In this document: in pieces, positions 22,274-30,931 of the stretch
Position numbering within the stretch: position 1 is the first letter of the stretch
Layout of the letters: each line of letters starts with the position of its first letter
Made by a program: the position numbers and the translations under genes
DNA from: an uncultured Solirubrobacteraceae bacterium
GTDB taxonomy: Bacteria; Actinomycetota; Thermoleophilia; Solirubrobacterales; Solirubrobacteraceae
Assembly: GCA_963705745.1 (NCBI GenBank)
Contig: CAVPKP010000010.1
Coordinates: forward strand, 105,675 to 169,674
Direction of reading: 5' to 3'
DNA: 64,000 nt
Notes under the pieces: generated by a model
Told to the model about the DNA's origin: nothing
What the model saw: only the letters and a program-made list of their open reading frames with translations
The model's database searches: none

Positions 22274-25105
22274 TCAGGAGTCCTGCGAGTCCTCGCCGGC
22301 GGAAGCCTCGAGCGCTCTCGCGGCGGAGCGTCGGCGCGCGCCGTTGTCGCCGCGCGGCGCGGTCGGCTCCACGCGGCCGTCGCCGTTGCCGTTCGCGCCG
22401 CCCGCCTGCGCGTTCGCGCCGGAGGAGCCGTTGGCGCCGGTGCGCGTCGCCTCGGCGACCGCCGCGTCGCGCGCGCCGGCGCCATTCTGCGCGCCCGCGC
22501 CCTTGCGCCGGCGGCGCGAGTTGCGCGCGCGGCGCTTGGGGAAGTTGCGAAGCAGCTCGCGCGCGAGCGCCGGCGGCTTGCGCGCCATCCGCGTGCGCGC
22601 GCCGCGCAGCGCCTCCTCGGCCTCCGGCGTGTGCGCGAGCGCCGCCGCGAGCAGCGCCGCCGCGAGCCGGCGGTCCTGCTTGCGCGCGGCGTGGATCAGC
22701 CGGCGCGCGTTGCGCGCGTGCGCGCCGCCGGCGGAGTTGACGAGCAGGCCGAGCAGCCGCTTCGTCTCGGGCCAGCGCTGCACGGCGTACTCCTCGTGCA
22801 CGTCGCGTGTGTACTCGGCCAGCCGCCAGATCCACGCGTTGGCCTGGTCGCGGCGGCCGATCCGGCGCTCGACGAGCGCGCGCAGCATGATCTTGCTCGC
22901 CTCGCGCCGCTCCTCGCGCGGCCAGCCGCCGATGATGTCGATCGCCGTGTCGAACGCGTCGGCGTCGCGCAGCGCGGGGATGTCGGCGAGCGCGCGCAGG
23001 CGCAGCTGCGCGTTCTTGTTGCGCTGGACGGCCGTGATCAGGAAGCGGCTCTTGAGCTCGCCCGTGCGGTCGAAGTGCAGCATCGCGCGCGCCCGCCGCC
23101 AGCCGTTCGGCGCCACGCGCGCGCCGGCGAGCGCCGCCCAGACGTGCTGCTCGCCGTAGTCGAGGTGCTCGACCGCGATCCGCCACAGCTCGCGCTCGAA
23201 CACCGCGAAGCGGCGCTCCTCCTCGGCGCAGACGGGCAGCACGCGGCGCTCGACGCGCATCCGCCGCCCGCGCCCGCGGCGGACCGGGCCGACGACGATC
23301 GCGCCGCCGCGGTAGACGTCGCGGTCGAGCAGCGAGTGCAGCGTGACGACCGGGTCGTCGTGCTTCGTCGCCGGGTGCACGAAGTCGACGACGAGCCCCG
23401 CCTCCTTGCCCGGGTGGCGGCGCGTGACGCGCCCGACGCGCTGCTGGTAGATGCGCTTGGACGCTGTTGGGGCCAAGTGCACGCAGACGGTCGCGCGCGG
23501 GCTGTTCCACCCCTCCGCGAGCAGCTGCGCGTTGATCAGCACGTCGATGTCGCCGCGCTCGTAGCGCGCGAGCAGCTCGGCGAGCTCGCGCTTGGGCGTC
23601 TCGCCGGAGACGCCCTGCGCCTTGATCCCCTCGGCGCGGAACGCCTCGGCGAGGTTGTACGCGTGGCGCACGCCGGCTGCGTACACGACGCCCGGCACGC
23701 CGTTGAAGCGCGTCTTGTAGAGGTTCGCGACGGCGAGGTTGAACGGCTGCTGGTCGAGCAGTTTCGCGAGCTCGTCCTGGTCGAACTCGGTATCGATCTC
23801 GCCGCGGCGCAGCGGCACCTTGGCGATCGTCCGCACGCCGACGCCAGGCGAGATGCGCAGGCAGCGCAGCGGCGCGATCACGCCGCGGCGCGCCGCCTGC
23901 GCGAGATCGAAGCGCGAGGTCTGCGTCGGGAACAGGTCGGTCACGTGGCGCGCGATCAGCGCGCCGGTCGCGGTCATGCCGATGAAGATCGGGCCCGTCC
24001 ACTCGCGGATCGCCGCGCTCGTCTTCTCGCCGAGCGCCGTGTGCGCCTCGTCGCAGATCACGATCGTGTACGCGCTCGAGATCTTGCCCGCGTTGCGCAC
24101 GAACCACTGGTAGGTCTCGACCGTCACCGGTCCGCGCGATGAGTCCTCGCCCTTCAGCAGCGGTTTGCTGATCCGCTTCGCGTAGCCGCGATCGCGCAGC
24201 TCGCCGTTGAACTGGTCGACGAGGTTGCGCCGGTGCGTGAGGATCAGCACGCCGCCGGTCTGCGTCGCCTCGACGAAGCCGAGCGCCGCGACCGTCTTGC
24301 CGGCGCCCGTCGCGTGCTCGAACCAGAAGCGCTTCGCCGCGTTCGGGTCCTCGGGCTGCTCTGCGATCGTGTCGTCCTCGCCCTCCTCGGCCCAGTCGCG
24401 CGGCTCCTCCTCGCTCTCCGCCTCCGCCTCGGGCTCCTCGTCATCGTCGTCCTCGCCGGCGTCGAGATCGTCCTCGTCGTCGTCCTCCTCCTCGTCCTCT
24501 TCGTCCTCCTCGTCGGGCGCGGCGCGCTGGATCGGGCCGAGCTCGTCGTCCTCGTCGTCCTCGTCCTCGTCGTCCTCCTCGATGTCCTCCTCGTCCTCCT
24601 CGTCCTCGCCGGCGTCGCTCGCCTGCTCCTCGCGCGGCTTCTCGCCGGCGTCGCGCGGCTCCTCGTCGAGCCCGAAGATCTCGGCCGACGCGAGCAGCTC
24701 CGGCGACGCCGAGGCGGCGGCGCGGCCGTTACCGCTCGGTGCGCTCGCCTGCGCCGCCGCGAGCAGCGCCGCGAGCGTGCCCGACAGCGCGTCGACCTGG
24801 TGCGCCGACAGGACCGTGCCGTCGGCGAGCTTCGGCTCGTCCTCGGAGAGCAGCCGCTCGAGCCCGAGCAGCAGCGAGAATTCGCGCCGCCACGCCGTCG
24901 ACGGGTTCTTCGCCTTCGGGTTCGCCGCGAGCTCGGCGAGCGCCTCGTCGAGTGCGCGCCGGCGCGGCGAGCCGGGCGCGAGCGCGACGGCGGGATCCTC
25001 GCCGGCGTGCAGGAAGCGCTCGCGCACGAGCTTCTCCGCGCGAGCGATTTCGGCGGAACCTGGAATGGGCGCGGCCGCGAGGGCCACTGAGGTGGACTCG
25101 GCCAT
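22274..25105 (-). CDS. SF2 DEAD/DEAH-box (ResIII/Irc3-like) helicase with long acidic insertion
   Basis: ATGAGKT, DEAH, TAT, EGWN and QQRVGRVTR motifs. Confidence 0.9.
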   Translation of the reverse strand: MAESTSVALAAAPIPGSAEIARAEKLVRERFLHAGEDPAVALAPGSPRRRALDEALAELAANPKAKNPSTAWRREFSLLLGLERLLSEDEPKLADGTVLSAHQVDALSGTLAALLAAAQASAPSGNGRAAASASPELLASAEIFGLDEEPRDAGEKPREEQASDAGEDEEDEEDIEEDDEDEDDEDDELGPIQRAAPDEEDEEDEEEDDDEDDLDAGEDDDDEEPEAEAESEEEPRDWAEEGEDDTIAEQPEDPNAAKRFWFEHATGAGKTVAALGFVEATQTGGVLILTHRRNLVDQFNGELRDRGYAKRISKPLLKGEDSSRGPVTVETYQWFVRNAGKISSAYTIVICDEAHTALGEKTSAAIREWTGPIFIGMTATGALIARHVTDLFPTQTSRFDLAQAARRGVIAPLRCLRISPGVGVRTIAKVPLRRGEIDTEFDQDELAKLLDQQPFNLAVANLYKTRFNGVPGVVYAAGVRHAYNLAEAFRAEGIKAQGVSGETPKRELAELLARYERGDIDVLINAQLLAEGWNSPRATVCVHLAPTASKRIYQQRVGRVTRRHPGKEAGLVVDFVHPATKHDDPVVTLHSLLDRDVYRGGAIVVGPVRRGRGRRMRVERRVLPVCAEEERRFAVFERELWRIAVEHLDYGEQHVWAALAGARVAPNGWRRARAMLHFDRTGELKSRFLITAVQRNKNAQLRLRALADIPALRDADAFDTAIDIIGGWPREERREASKIMLRALVERRIGRRDQANAWIWRLAEYTRDVHEEYAVQRWPETKRLLGLLVNSAGGAHARNARRLIHAARKQDRRLAAALLAAALAHTPEAEEALRGARTRMARKPPALARELLRNFPKRRARNSRRRRKGAGAQNGAGARDAAVAEATRTGANGSSGANAQAGGANGNGDGRVEPTAPRGDNGARRRSAARALEASAGEDSQDS

Positions 25106-25298
25106 TGAGAGGCTCTGGACTTCGAGACGGAGCCGGCGCAGAAGTGGCTTCCGCACGGCTCAAGGTGAGACTGGCGTCCGGATGACGCCTTGCCGGTCGC
25201 TGACAGCTACCCGGCCTCTAGGTGCCCCCAAGATATAGCACGTCCGCACGCGACCCGCGCGTCCTCGATCGCGGCGCGATCTGCCACGCTTACGCGCG

Positions 25299-25901
25299 GT
25301 GACGGCGAAGCGCATCTCGATCGCGGCCGGCGTGGCCGCGCTGCTGGCGCTGCTCGCGGTCGGGCTCGTGCAGCTCGCGGGCTCCTCGACGACGGCGCCC
25401 GCGCGCTCGAAGCTGACGCTCGCGCAGATGCAGGCGCGCCTGGCCGGCTCGCCGCCGGCGCTCGCGTCGCTGCACGCCCAGGCGAGCGAGCTGCTGCCGG
25501 GCGGCCTCGGCGTGTTTCGCACGCGGCTGGCCGGGTTGCGCGGAGACCCGATCGTGATCAACAAGTGGGCGTCGTGGTGCGTGCCGTGCCGCTCCGAGTT
25601 CGGCGCCTTCCAGGCGGCGGCCGTCGCGCTCGGACGGCGCGTGGCGTTTGTCGGGATCGACTCGCTCGACACCAGCCACGCGGCCGCGCTGCAGTTTCTG
25701 CGCAGCTTCCCCGTCCCGTATCCGAGCTACTACGACTCCAGCGGCGCGCTCGGCGGCGCCGTCACCGACTCGTCGTTCACGCCCGTGACCGTCTTCTACG
25801 ACAGCTCCGGCGCGCAGTACATCCGTCAGGGCCCGTACCCGAGCGCGGCCAAGCTCGAGCAGGACGTCAGACGCTACGCGCTCGACGAAAAGACGGCCTG
25901 A
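25299..25901 (+). CDS. TlpA/CcmG-like membrane-anchored thiol-disulfide oxidoreductase
   Basis: N-terminal TM, NKWASWCVPCRSE, cis-Pro motif TPVT. Confidence 0.88.
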   Translation: MTAKRISIAAGVAALLALLAVGLVQLAGSSTTAPARSKLTLAQMQARLAGSPPALASLHAQASELLPGGLGVFRTRLAGLRGDPIVINKWASWCVPCRSEFGAFQAAAVALGRRVAFVGIDSLDTSHAAALQFLRSFPVPYPSYYDSSGALGGAVTDSSFTPVTVFYDSSGAQYIRQGPYPSAAKLEQDVRRYALDEKTA

Positions 25902-25903
25902 GC

Positions 25904-26965
25904 GTGCCCGAGATCCGCGTCGACCCGCTCAGCGGGCATCGCACGATCGTCGCCGGCGAGCGCTCGCGCCGCCCCGGCGGCGCGCCCGGCCTGCCCGAGA
26001 GCGTGCGCTCGCAGCCGCCGATCGACCCCGCGCGCGACCCGTTCGCCGACGGCAACGAGGAGCTCACGCCGCCGGAGCTGTACGCGCTCAGGCCGGGCGG
26101 CGGCGTTCCCGACTCGCCCGGTTGGACGGTTCGAGTCGTGCCGAACCTGTTCCCCGCGCTGACCTCGCACGAGCCCGGCGACGGCGACGGCGCCGGCGGA
26201 GCGCCGCGGGAGGGCGCCGGCGCGGGCGAGGAGCCAGGCGGCGCGGCGCTGCGCGGAGACGCGCGCGGCGAGCTGTTCTGCTCGATGCCCGCGCACGGCG
26301 CGCACGAGGTGATCGTCAACGGCCCGCAGCCGGTGCTGTCGCTGGCCGACCTGCCCGTCGAACAGGTCGGCGCCGCGCTCGACGTGTGGCGCGAGCGGAT
26401 GCGCTTTCACGAGCGCAGCGCCTACGTGCAGCTGATCGTCAACGAGCGACGCGAGGCCGGCGCGTCGCTGCCGCACACGCATTCGCAGCTTTACGCGTTC
26501 GACTTCGTCCCCGCCGCGGTCGCGCGCGAGCGCGAGCGCGCGAGCGCGTATGCGACGCGCAACATGGGTCAGAGCCTCCTCGGCGACCTCGTCGCCGAGG
26601 AGGTGCGCCTGCGCGAGCGGATCGTCGCGATCGACGACGACGCCGTGCTGATCGCGCCGTACGCGTCGCGCCTGCCGTTCCAGCTGATGCTCGCGCCGCG
26701 CCGGCCGCGGCCGCGCTTCGAGCAGGACGGGCCGAGCGGCGCTGCGCTGCTGCACGACGGCCTGCGACGGCTTGCGCGCCATCTCGGCGCGAGCCCGCCG
26801 CTGAACATGTGGGTGCGCACGGCGCCGCGCGGCGCCGAGCACTTCTGCTGGCGGATCGACGTCGTCCCGCGGCTGACGCACCTCGCCGGCCTCGAGCTGT
26901 CGACCGACGTCAACCTCAACATCGTCGCGCCCGAGCACGCCGCGGCGCTGCTGCGCGACGCGTGA
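25904..26965 (+). CDS. galT: GalT-family (HIT) nucleotidyltransferase
   Basis: EIRVDPLSG, VRVVPNLFPAL, GAHEVI, AGASLPHTHSQ, PEHAA. Confidence 0.85.
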   Translation: MPEIRVDPLSGHRTIVAGERSRRPGGAPGLPESVRSQPPIDPARDPFADGNEELTPPELYALRPGGGVPDSPGWTVRVVPNLFPALTSHEPGDGDGAGGAPREGAGAGEEPGGAALRGDARGELFCSMPAHGAHEVIVNGPQPVLSLADLPVEQVGAALDVWRERMRFHERSAYVQLIVNERREAGASLPHTHSQLYAFDFVPAAVARERERASAYATRNMGQSLLGDLVAEEVRLRERIVAIDDDAVLIAPYASRLPFQLMLAPRRPRPRFEQDGPSGAALLHDGLRRLARHLGASPPLNMWVRTAPRGAEHFCWRIDVVPRLTHLAGLELSTDVNLNIVAPEHAAALLRDA

Positions 26966-27006
26966 GCGCACGATGGCGCCACACGGCAGGCTAGGCTGGC
27001 GCACGC

Positions 27007-27702
27007 ATGCCGCCCGAGGAACGCTTCGTCCCGCGCTTCGCCGCCGAGCCGCCGCAGGAGGAGCTGCCTTACGGCCGCTGGGCGCGGCGCCTCGCCGAGG
27101 AGTTCCTCGCCGCCGTGCCGTCGCTCGGCGAGGACGGGGACGAGCTCGGAGCGCCGGCCGAGATCGTCTGGTACCCGGAGCGCACGTGGCACGGCCGCAC
27201 GTACGTGCCGGGGACCGCGAGCACGAGCGACGGCTACGAGCTGTTCGGCTACGTGCGCTTCGTTCCCGGCGGCGACGGCGGCGAGCCGAGTGACTTCGTC
27301 GCGCACGTCGACTTCACCGAGGAGACCGCCGCGCGCAACCCCGATTGGAAGCTCGACCTGTGCGACGAGGTGATCGGCACGTGGCGCGGGCACGGTGGCG
27401 CGGTCGCGTCGATGACGCTCGTATGGGGGCATCCGCTCGTCTCCGGCGGGCGGATCGCCACGGCCGAGCTCGCCGATCTGGCCGTCGACCAGTGCGAGCT
27501 CAACGGCGAGCGCTTCACGCTGATCGCGCCCGACGACTACCGCCACGACCTGCTCGAGATCAAGCTGTTCGGCGCGGGCGGCCAGGAGCTCGCGCGCGAG
27601 TCGCTGTACGCGGGCGAGGAGGAGGAGGAGGAGGAGGAGGAGGAGGAGGAGCGCGCCGAGGCCGAGGCCGACGCCGAGGAGCGTCCGGATCAGGCCGGAT
27701 GA
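27007..27702 (+). CDS. Hypothetical acidic protein with poly-Glu tail
   Basis: Normal codon usage, globular-looking body, C-terminal E12. Confidence 0.8.
   Translation: MPPEERFVPRFAAEPPQEELPYGRWARRLAEEFLAAVPSLGEDGDELGAPAEIVWYPERTWHGRTYVPGTASTSDGYELFGYVRFVPGGDGGEPSDFVAHVDFTEETAARNPDWKLDLCDEVIGTWRGHGGAVASMTLVWGHPLVSGGRIATAELADLAVDQCELNGERFTLIAPDDYRHDLLEIKLFGAGGQELARESLYAGEEEEEEEEEEEERAEAEADAEERPDQAG
27616..27651 (+). repeat. (GAG)12 perfect trinucleotide repeat
   Basis: Read directly; encodes 12 consecutive Glu. Confidence 0.95.
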
Positions 27703-27712
27703 GCGGCGCGGC

Positions 27713-28246
27713 CTATTTCGCTTCGGCCTTTTCCTGCTGCTTGTAGCGCGCGGCTTCCTGCGCTTCTTCCTTCGCGAACTGTTCGTGCGCCGCTTTTTCG
27801 GCGGGCGTTTCCGTCGCGCCGCTTCCGCTCTTGGAGCTCTTCTTCTTGCTCGTGCCCGAGGAGGTCTTCGTCTTCGAGTGGCTCGCCGATTTCCTGTGCG
27901 CGGGTTTCGTCTTCGCCGATTTCGACGCTTCGGCCTGCTCCCTGGCGATCGCCGCTTCGCGCTGCTTGCGTTTGGCCGTGACTTCTGCTTCTTCCTTCTG
28001 CGCCGAGCGCGCCTCGGCCGCGCGTTGCTTTTCGCGAGTCGTGCGTTCGGCCGATTCTTCGGCGCCGAGCGCTGCTTCTTCATGCGTTCCGGCGGTCCCC
28101 GCGCCGCCGCCGCCGCCACTGCCGCCGCAGCCGACGACCAGCGCTGCCAGCAGAACGAGCGCGAGTCCGAGCGCGAGCGCGCGCAGCACGCGCCGAACGG
28201 CGTCCTGGCGCTCGGAGCGAGCCGGGCTGGACGGCGCGGCGCTCAT
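27713..28246 (-). CDS. Lys/Glu/Ala-rich putative lipoprotein
   Basis: Hydrophobic signal ending LVVGC, then low-complexity charged helical region. Confidence 0.75.
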   Translation of the reverse strand: MSAAPSSPARSERQDAVRRVLRALALGLALVLLAALVVGCGGSGGGGGAGTAGTHEEAALGAEESAERTTREKQRAAEARSAQKEEAEVTAKRKQREAAIAREQAEASKSAKTKPAHRKSASHSKTKTSSGTSKKKSSKSGSGATETPAEKAAHEQFAKEEAQEAARYKQQEKAEAK

Positions 28247-28770
28247 GGGGACGGCGTCGTCGAGGTGGTCGTCGTCGAGGTCGACGTCGTCGGCTGCGTC
28301 GTACGCGTCGCGGCGCTGCGTTCAGCTTCCTGCTTCTTCACTTCGGCTTCCCTCTTCTTCGCGGCTTCTTCTCGCTGCTTGTTGGCCTCGGCCTTCAGTT
28401 CTTCTTCCTGCTTCTTCGCCTTCGCGACCGCGCCCGCTTCCCGCTTCTTCGCTTCCTGTTCGGCCTTCTTTTCGCGCTTCTTCGCCTTCGCGACGGCTTC
28501 TCGTTCGGTCTTCTTCGCCTTCGCTTCGGCGGCTTCTTCGCGCTTCTTCGATTCCAGCAACGACAGCAGTTCGCGGTTTTTGTTCACTTCGGCCGCTTCT
28601 TCCTGTTTTTCGGCGGCTGCCGCCCGGTTGCTTTCTTCGGACTGACCGCTCGCTTCGGAGGCGGGGGTCTTGCTCGACGCTTCGCCGCATCCGCTCAGCG
28701 GCGCCGCGATGCCGACCGCGACAAGGAACGCGAGCGCCGCTCGCACGGCCGCGCGACTCAGCGTCGACAT
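28243..28770 (-). CDS. Lys/Glu/Ala-rich putative lipoprotein with Thr-rich tail
   Basis: Signal ending LSGC, repeated AKAKK/KKRE units; ATGA overlap with the next gene. Confidence 0.78.
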   Translation of the reverse strand: MSTLSRAAVRAALAFLVAVGIAAPLSGCGEASSKTPASEASGQSEESNRAAAAEKQEEAAEVNKNRELLSLLESKKREEAAEAKAKKTEREAVAKAKKREKKAEQEAKKREAGAVAKAKKQEEELKAEANKQREEAAKKREAEVKKQEAERSAATRTTQPTTSTSTTTTSTTPSP

Positions 28771-28792
28771 TGGCTTGAAGCTAGCAGTTGGC

Positions 28793-30931
28793 CTATCGCC
28801 GCTCAACAACCGTCGGGCGCCCGTCGCCGGACGCGGCGCTCTCGAACACCGTCTGCGGATCGACGCGCGGGTCGATCGCGGTCATCGGCGCGCGCGCCTT
28901 CAGCAACGTCTCCTGGTACTCCTCCTCGGCGTCGGACTGCATCACGATCGCGCCGCCGACGCCGAGCGTCGCGCGATCGCGCTCGACGACGATCGTCCTG
29001 ATCACGATGTTCAGATCGCACGCGCCGCTCAGGCCGAGGTAGCCGATCGCGCCGGAGTAGACGCCGCGCGCCTCGCCCTCGAGCTCGTCGATGATCTCCA
29101 TCGTGCGCTTCTTCGGCGCTCCGGTCATCGAGCCGCCGGGAAAGCACGCGCGGATCCCGTCGGGCGGCTCGACGTCCTCGCGCAGCAACCCGCGCACGGT
29201 CGAGACGAGCTGGTGCACGGTCTCGTAGGACTCGATGTGCATAAGGTTCGGCACGTGCACGGTGCCGACCTCGCAGACGACGCCGAGATCGTTGCGCAGC
29301 AGGTCGGCGATCATCAGGTTCTCGGCGCGGCTCTTCTCGTCGCTGCGCAACTCCTCGGCGAGCCGCACGTCTTCCGCCGGCGTCTTGCCGCGCGGGCACG
29401 TCCCCTTGATCGGCTTCGCCTCGACCCAGCGATCGCGCCCGACGCTGATGAAGCGCTCGGGCGAGGAGCTGAGGATCGCGCTGGAGCCGAAGCGCAGGTA
29501 CGCCGAGAACGGCGCCGGGTTGACGCGCCGCAGCGTGCGGTACAGCGCCAGCGGCTGCACCGTGACCTCGGCCGTGATCTTGTTCGTCAGGCAGATCTCG
29601 TACGTCTCGCCTTCGATCAGGCGCTGCTTGCACGTGGCGATGTCCTCGATGTACTGCTCGTGCGAGCGGCTCAGGCGAAACGCGACCGGCCGCTCGAGCT
29701 CGGCGCCGTCCCACTCGGGAGCGACGAGCGGCGCGAGCGACGCGAGCCGCAGGCTCGTCTCGGCGATCCACCGATCGGCCTCGTCGGCGGCGCTCGGCTC
29801 GGCGATGCAGAGCACGTACGTGCATTGCTCTAAATGATCGAACGCGATCAGCCGGTCGGCGAACACGAACGCGGCGTCGGGCATCGTCGAGCGGTGCGCG
29901 TCGTTGCCTTCGCAGTCGGCCTTCAGCTCGTAGCCGAAGTAGCCGACGAAGCCGCAGTTGAAGTCGAACGGGAGGTCGTGCGAGAGGTAGCGCACGCGGC
30001 GCATCTCGCGGCTGAGGTAGTCGAAGATCGACTCCTTCAGGACTTCCTCGCCGTCGGCGCGCGCGACGCGCAGCTCGCCGCTCGAGACCTCGTAGCTGAT
30101 CGTCGCCGCCAGCGGCCCGTCGGCGCCGCCCATGAACGAGAAGCGAGCGCGCTCGTCGATCTTGCTGCTGTCGAGCCAGAACGCGGTCTCGCTGTCGCCG
30201 TAGAGGTTGACGAACGCCCGCTCGGTGTCGTACAGCGTGTCGAGTCGCTTGACCTTCAGCACCAGCTCCGCGCGGCTCGCCGCGGTCGGCTGCGACTCGC
30301 CCGGCGACGCCGGCCGGCGCACGGGCGCGCCGGCGCCGTTCGAGCGCGCGCCGAACTCGCGCGTCAGGTCACGGAAGTTCGCGAGCAGCCTGCGCCCGTA
30401 GTCGGTGCAGATCGACTCCGGGTGGAACTGCACGCCCCACTGCGGGCGCGTTCGGTGGGCGACGGCCATCAGCACGCCGTCGCTCGTCCACGCGATCGGC
30501 TCGAGCTCCTCCGGCAGCGGCTGCTCGACGCACAGCGAGTGGTAGCGCACCGCCTGGAACTCGCGCGGGATGCCGGCGAACAGCGGCGAGTCCTCGTGCA
30601 GCACGGCGCTGATCCGGCCGTGCATCACCTCCGGCGCGCGCAGGACCTTGCCGCCGTGGATCCAGCTGAGGCCCTGGTGGCCGAGGCACACGCCGAGCAG
30701 CGGCACGCGCGCGTCGCGGATCGCCTGCGCGCAGACGCCGAAGTCGCCCTCGTGGTCGGGGCTGCCCGGACCCGGCGAGATGACGATGTTGTCGAACTCG
30801 AGCCGCTCCAGCTCGGCCCACTCGGCGGCGTCGTTGCGCACGACGATCGGCTCGTCGCCGTTGGCCTCCGCCAACAGCTGGAAGAGGTTGTACGTGAACG
30901 AGTCGTAGTTGTCGATCAGCAGCGTCTTCAT
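28793..30931 (-). CDS. pabB: Fused aminodeoxychorismate synthase (PabA-PabB)
   Basis: LIDNYDSFT, GVCLGHQ, QFHPES (GATase); SSSPERF, KPIKGT, AENLMIADLLRNDL, FPGGSMTGAPK. Confidence 0.94.
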   Translation of the reverse strand: MKTLLIDNYDSFTYNLFQLLAEANGDEPIVVRNDAAEWAELERLEFDNIVISPGPGSPDHEGDFGVCAQAIRDARVPLLGVCLGHQGLSWIHGGKVLRAPEVMHGRISAVLHEDSPLFAGIPREFQAVRYHSLCVEQPLPEELEPIAWTSDGVLMAVAHRTRPQWGVQFHPESICTDYGRRLLANFRDLTREFGARSNGAGAPVRRPASPGESQPTAASRAELVLKVKRLDTLYDTERAFVNLYGDSETAFWLDSSKIDERARFSFMGGADGPLAATISYEVSSGELRVARADGEEVLKESIFDYLSREMRRVRYLSHDLPFDFNCGFVGYFGYELKADCEGNDAHRSTMPDAAFVFADRLIAFDHLEQCTYVLCIAEPSAADEADRWIAETSLRLASLAPLVAPEWDGAELERPVAFRLSRSHEQYIEDIATCKQRLIEGETYEICLTNKITAEVTVQPLALYRTLRRVNPAPFSAYLRFGSSAILSSSPERFISVGRDRWVEAKPIKGTCPRGKTPAEDVRLAEELRSDEKSRAENLMIADLLRNDLGVVCEVGTVHVPNLMHIESYETVHQLVSTVRGLLREDVEPPDGIRACFPGGSMTGAPKKRTMEIIDELEGEARGVYSGAIGYLGLSGACDLNIVIRTIVVERDRATLGVGGAIVMQSDAEEEYQETLLKARAPMTAIDPRVDPQTVFESAASGDGRPTVVERR

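Noticed and set aside
25221..25230. GGTGCCCCCA as a duplicated tRNA-Arg 3' end (att site)
   Set aside because: Only about 7 bp match in high-GC sequence, and the genes in between look like core genome.
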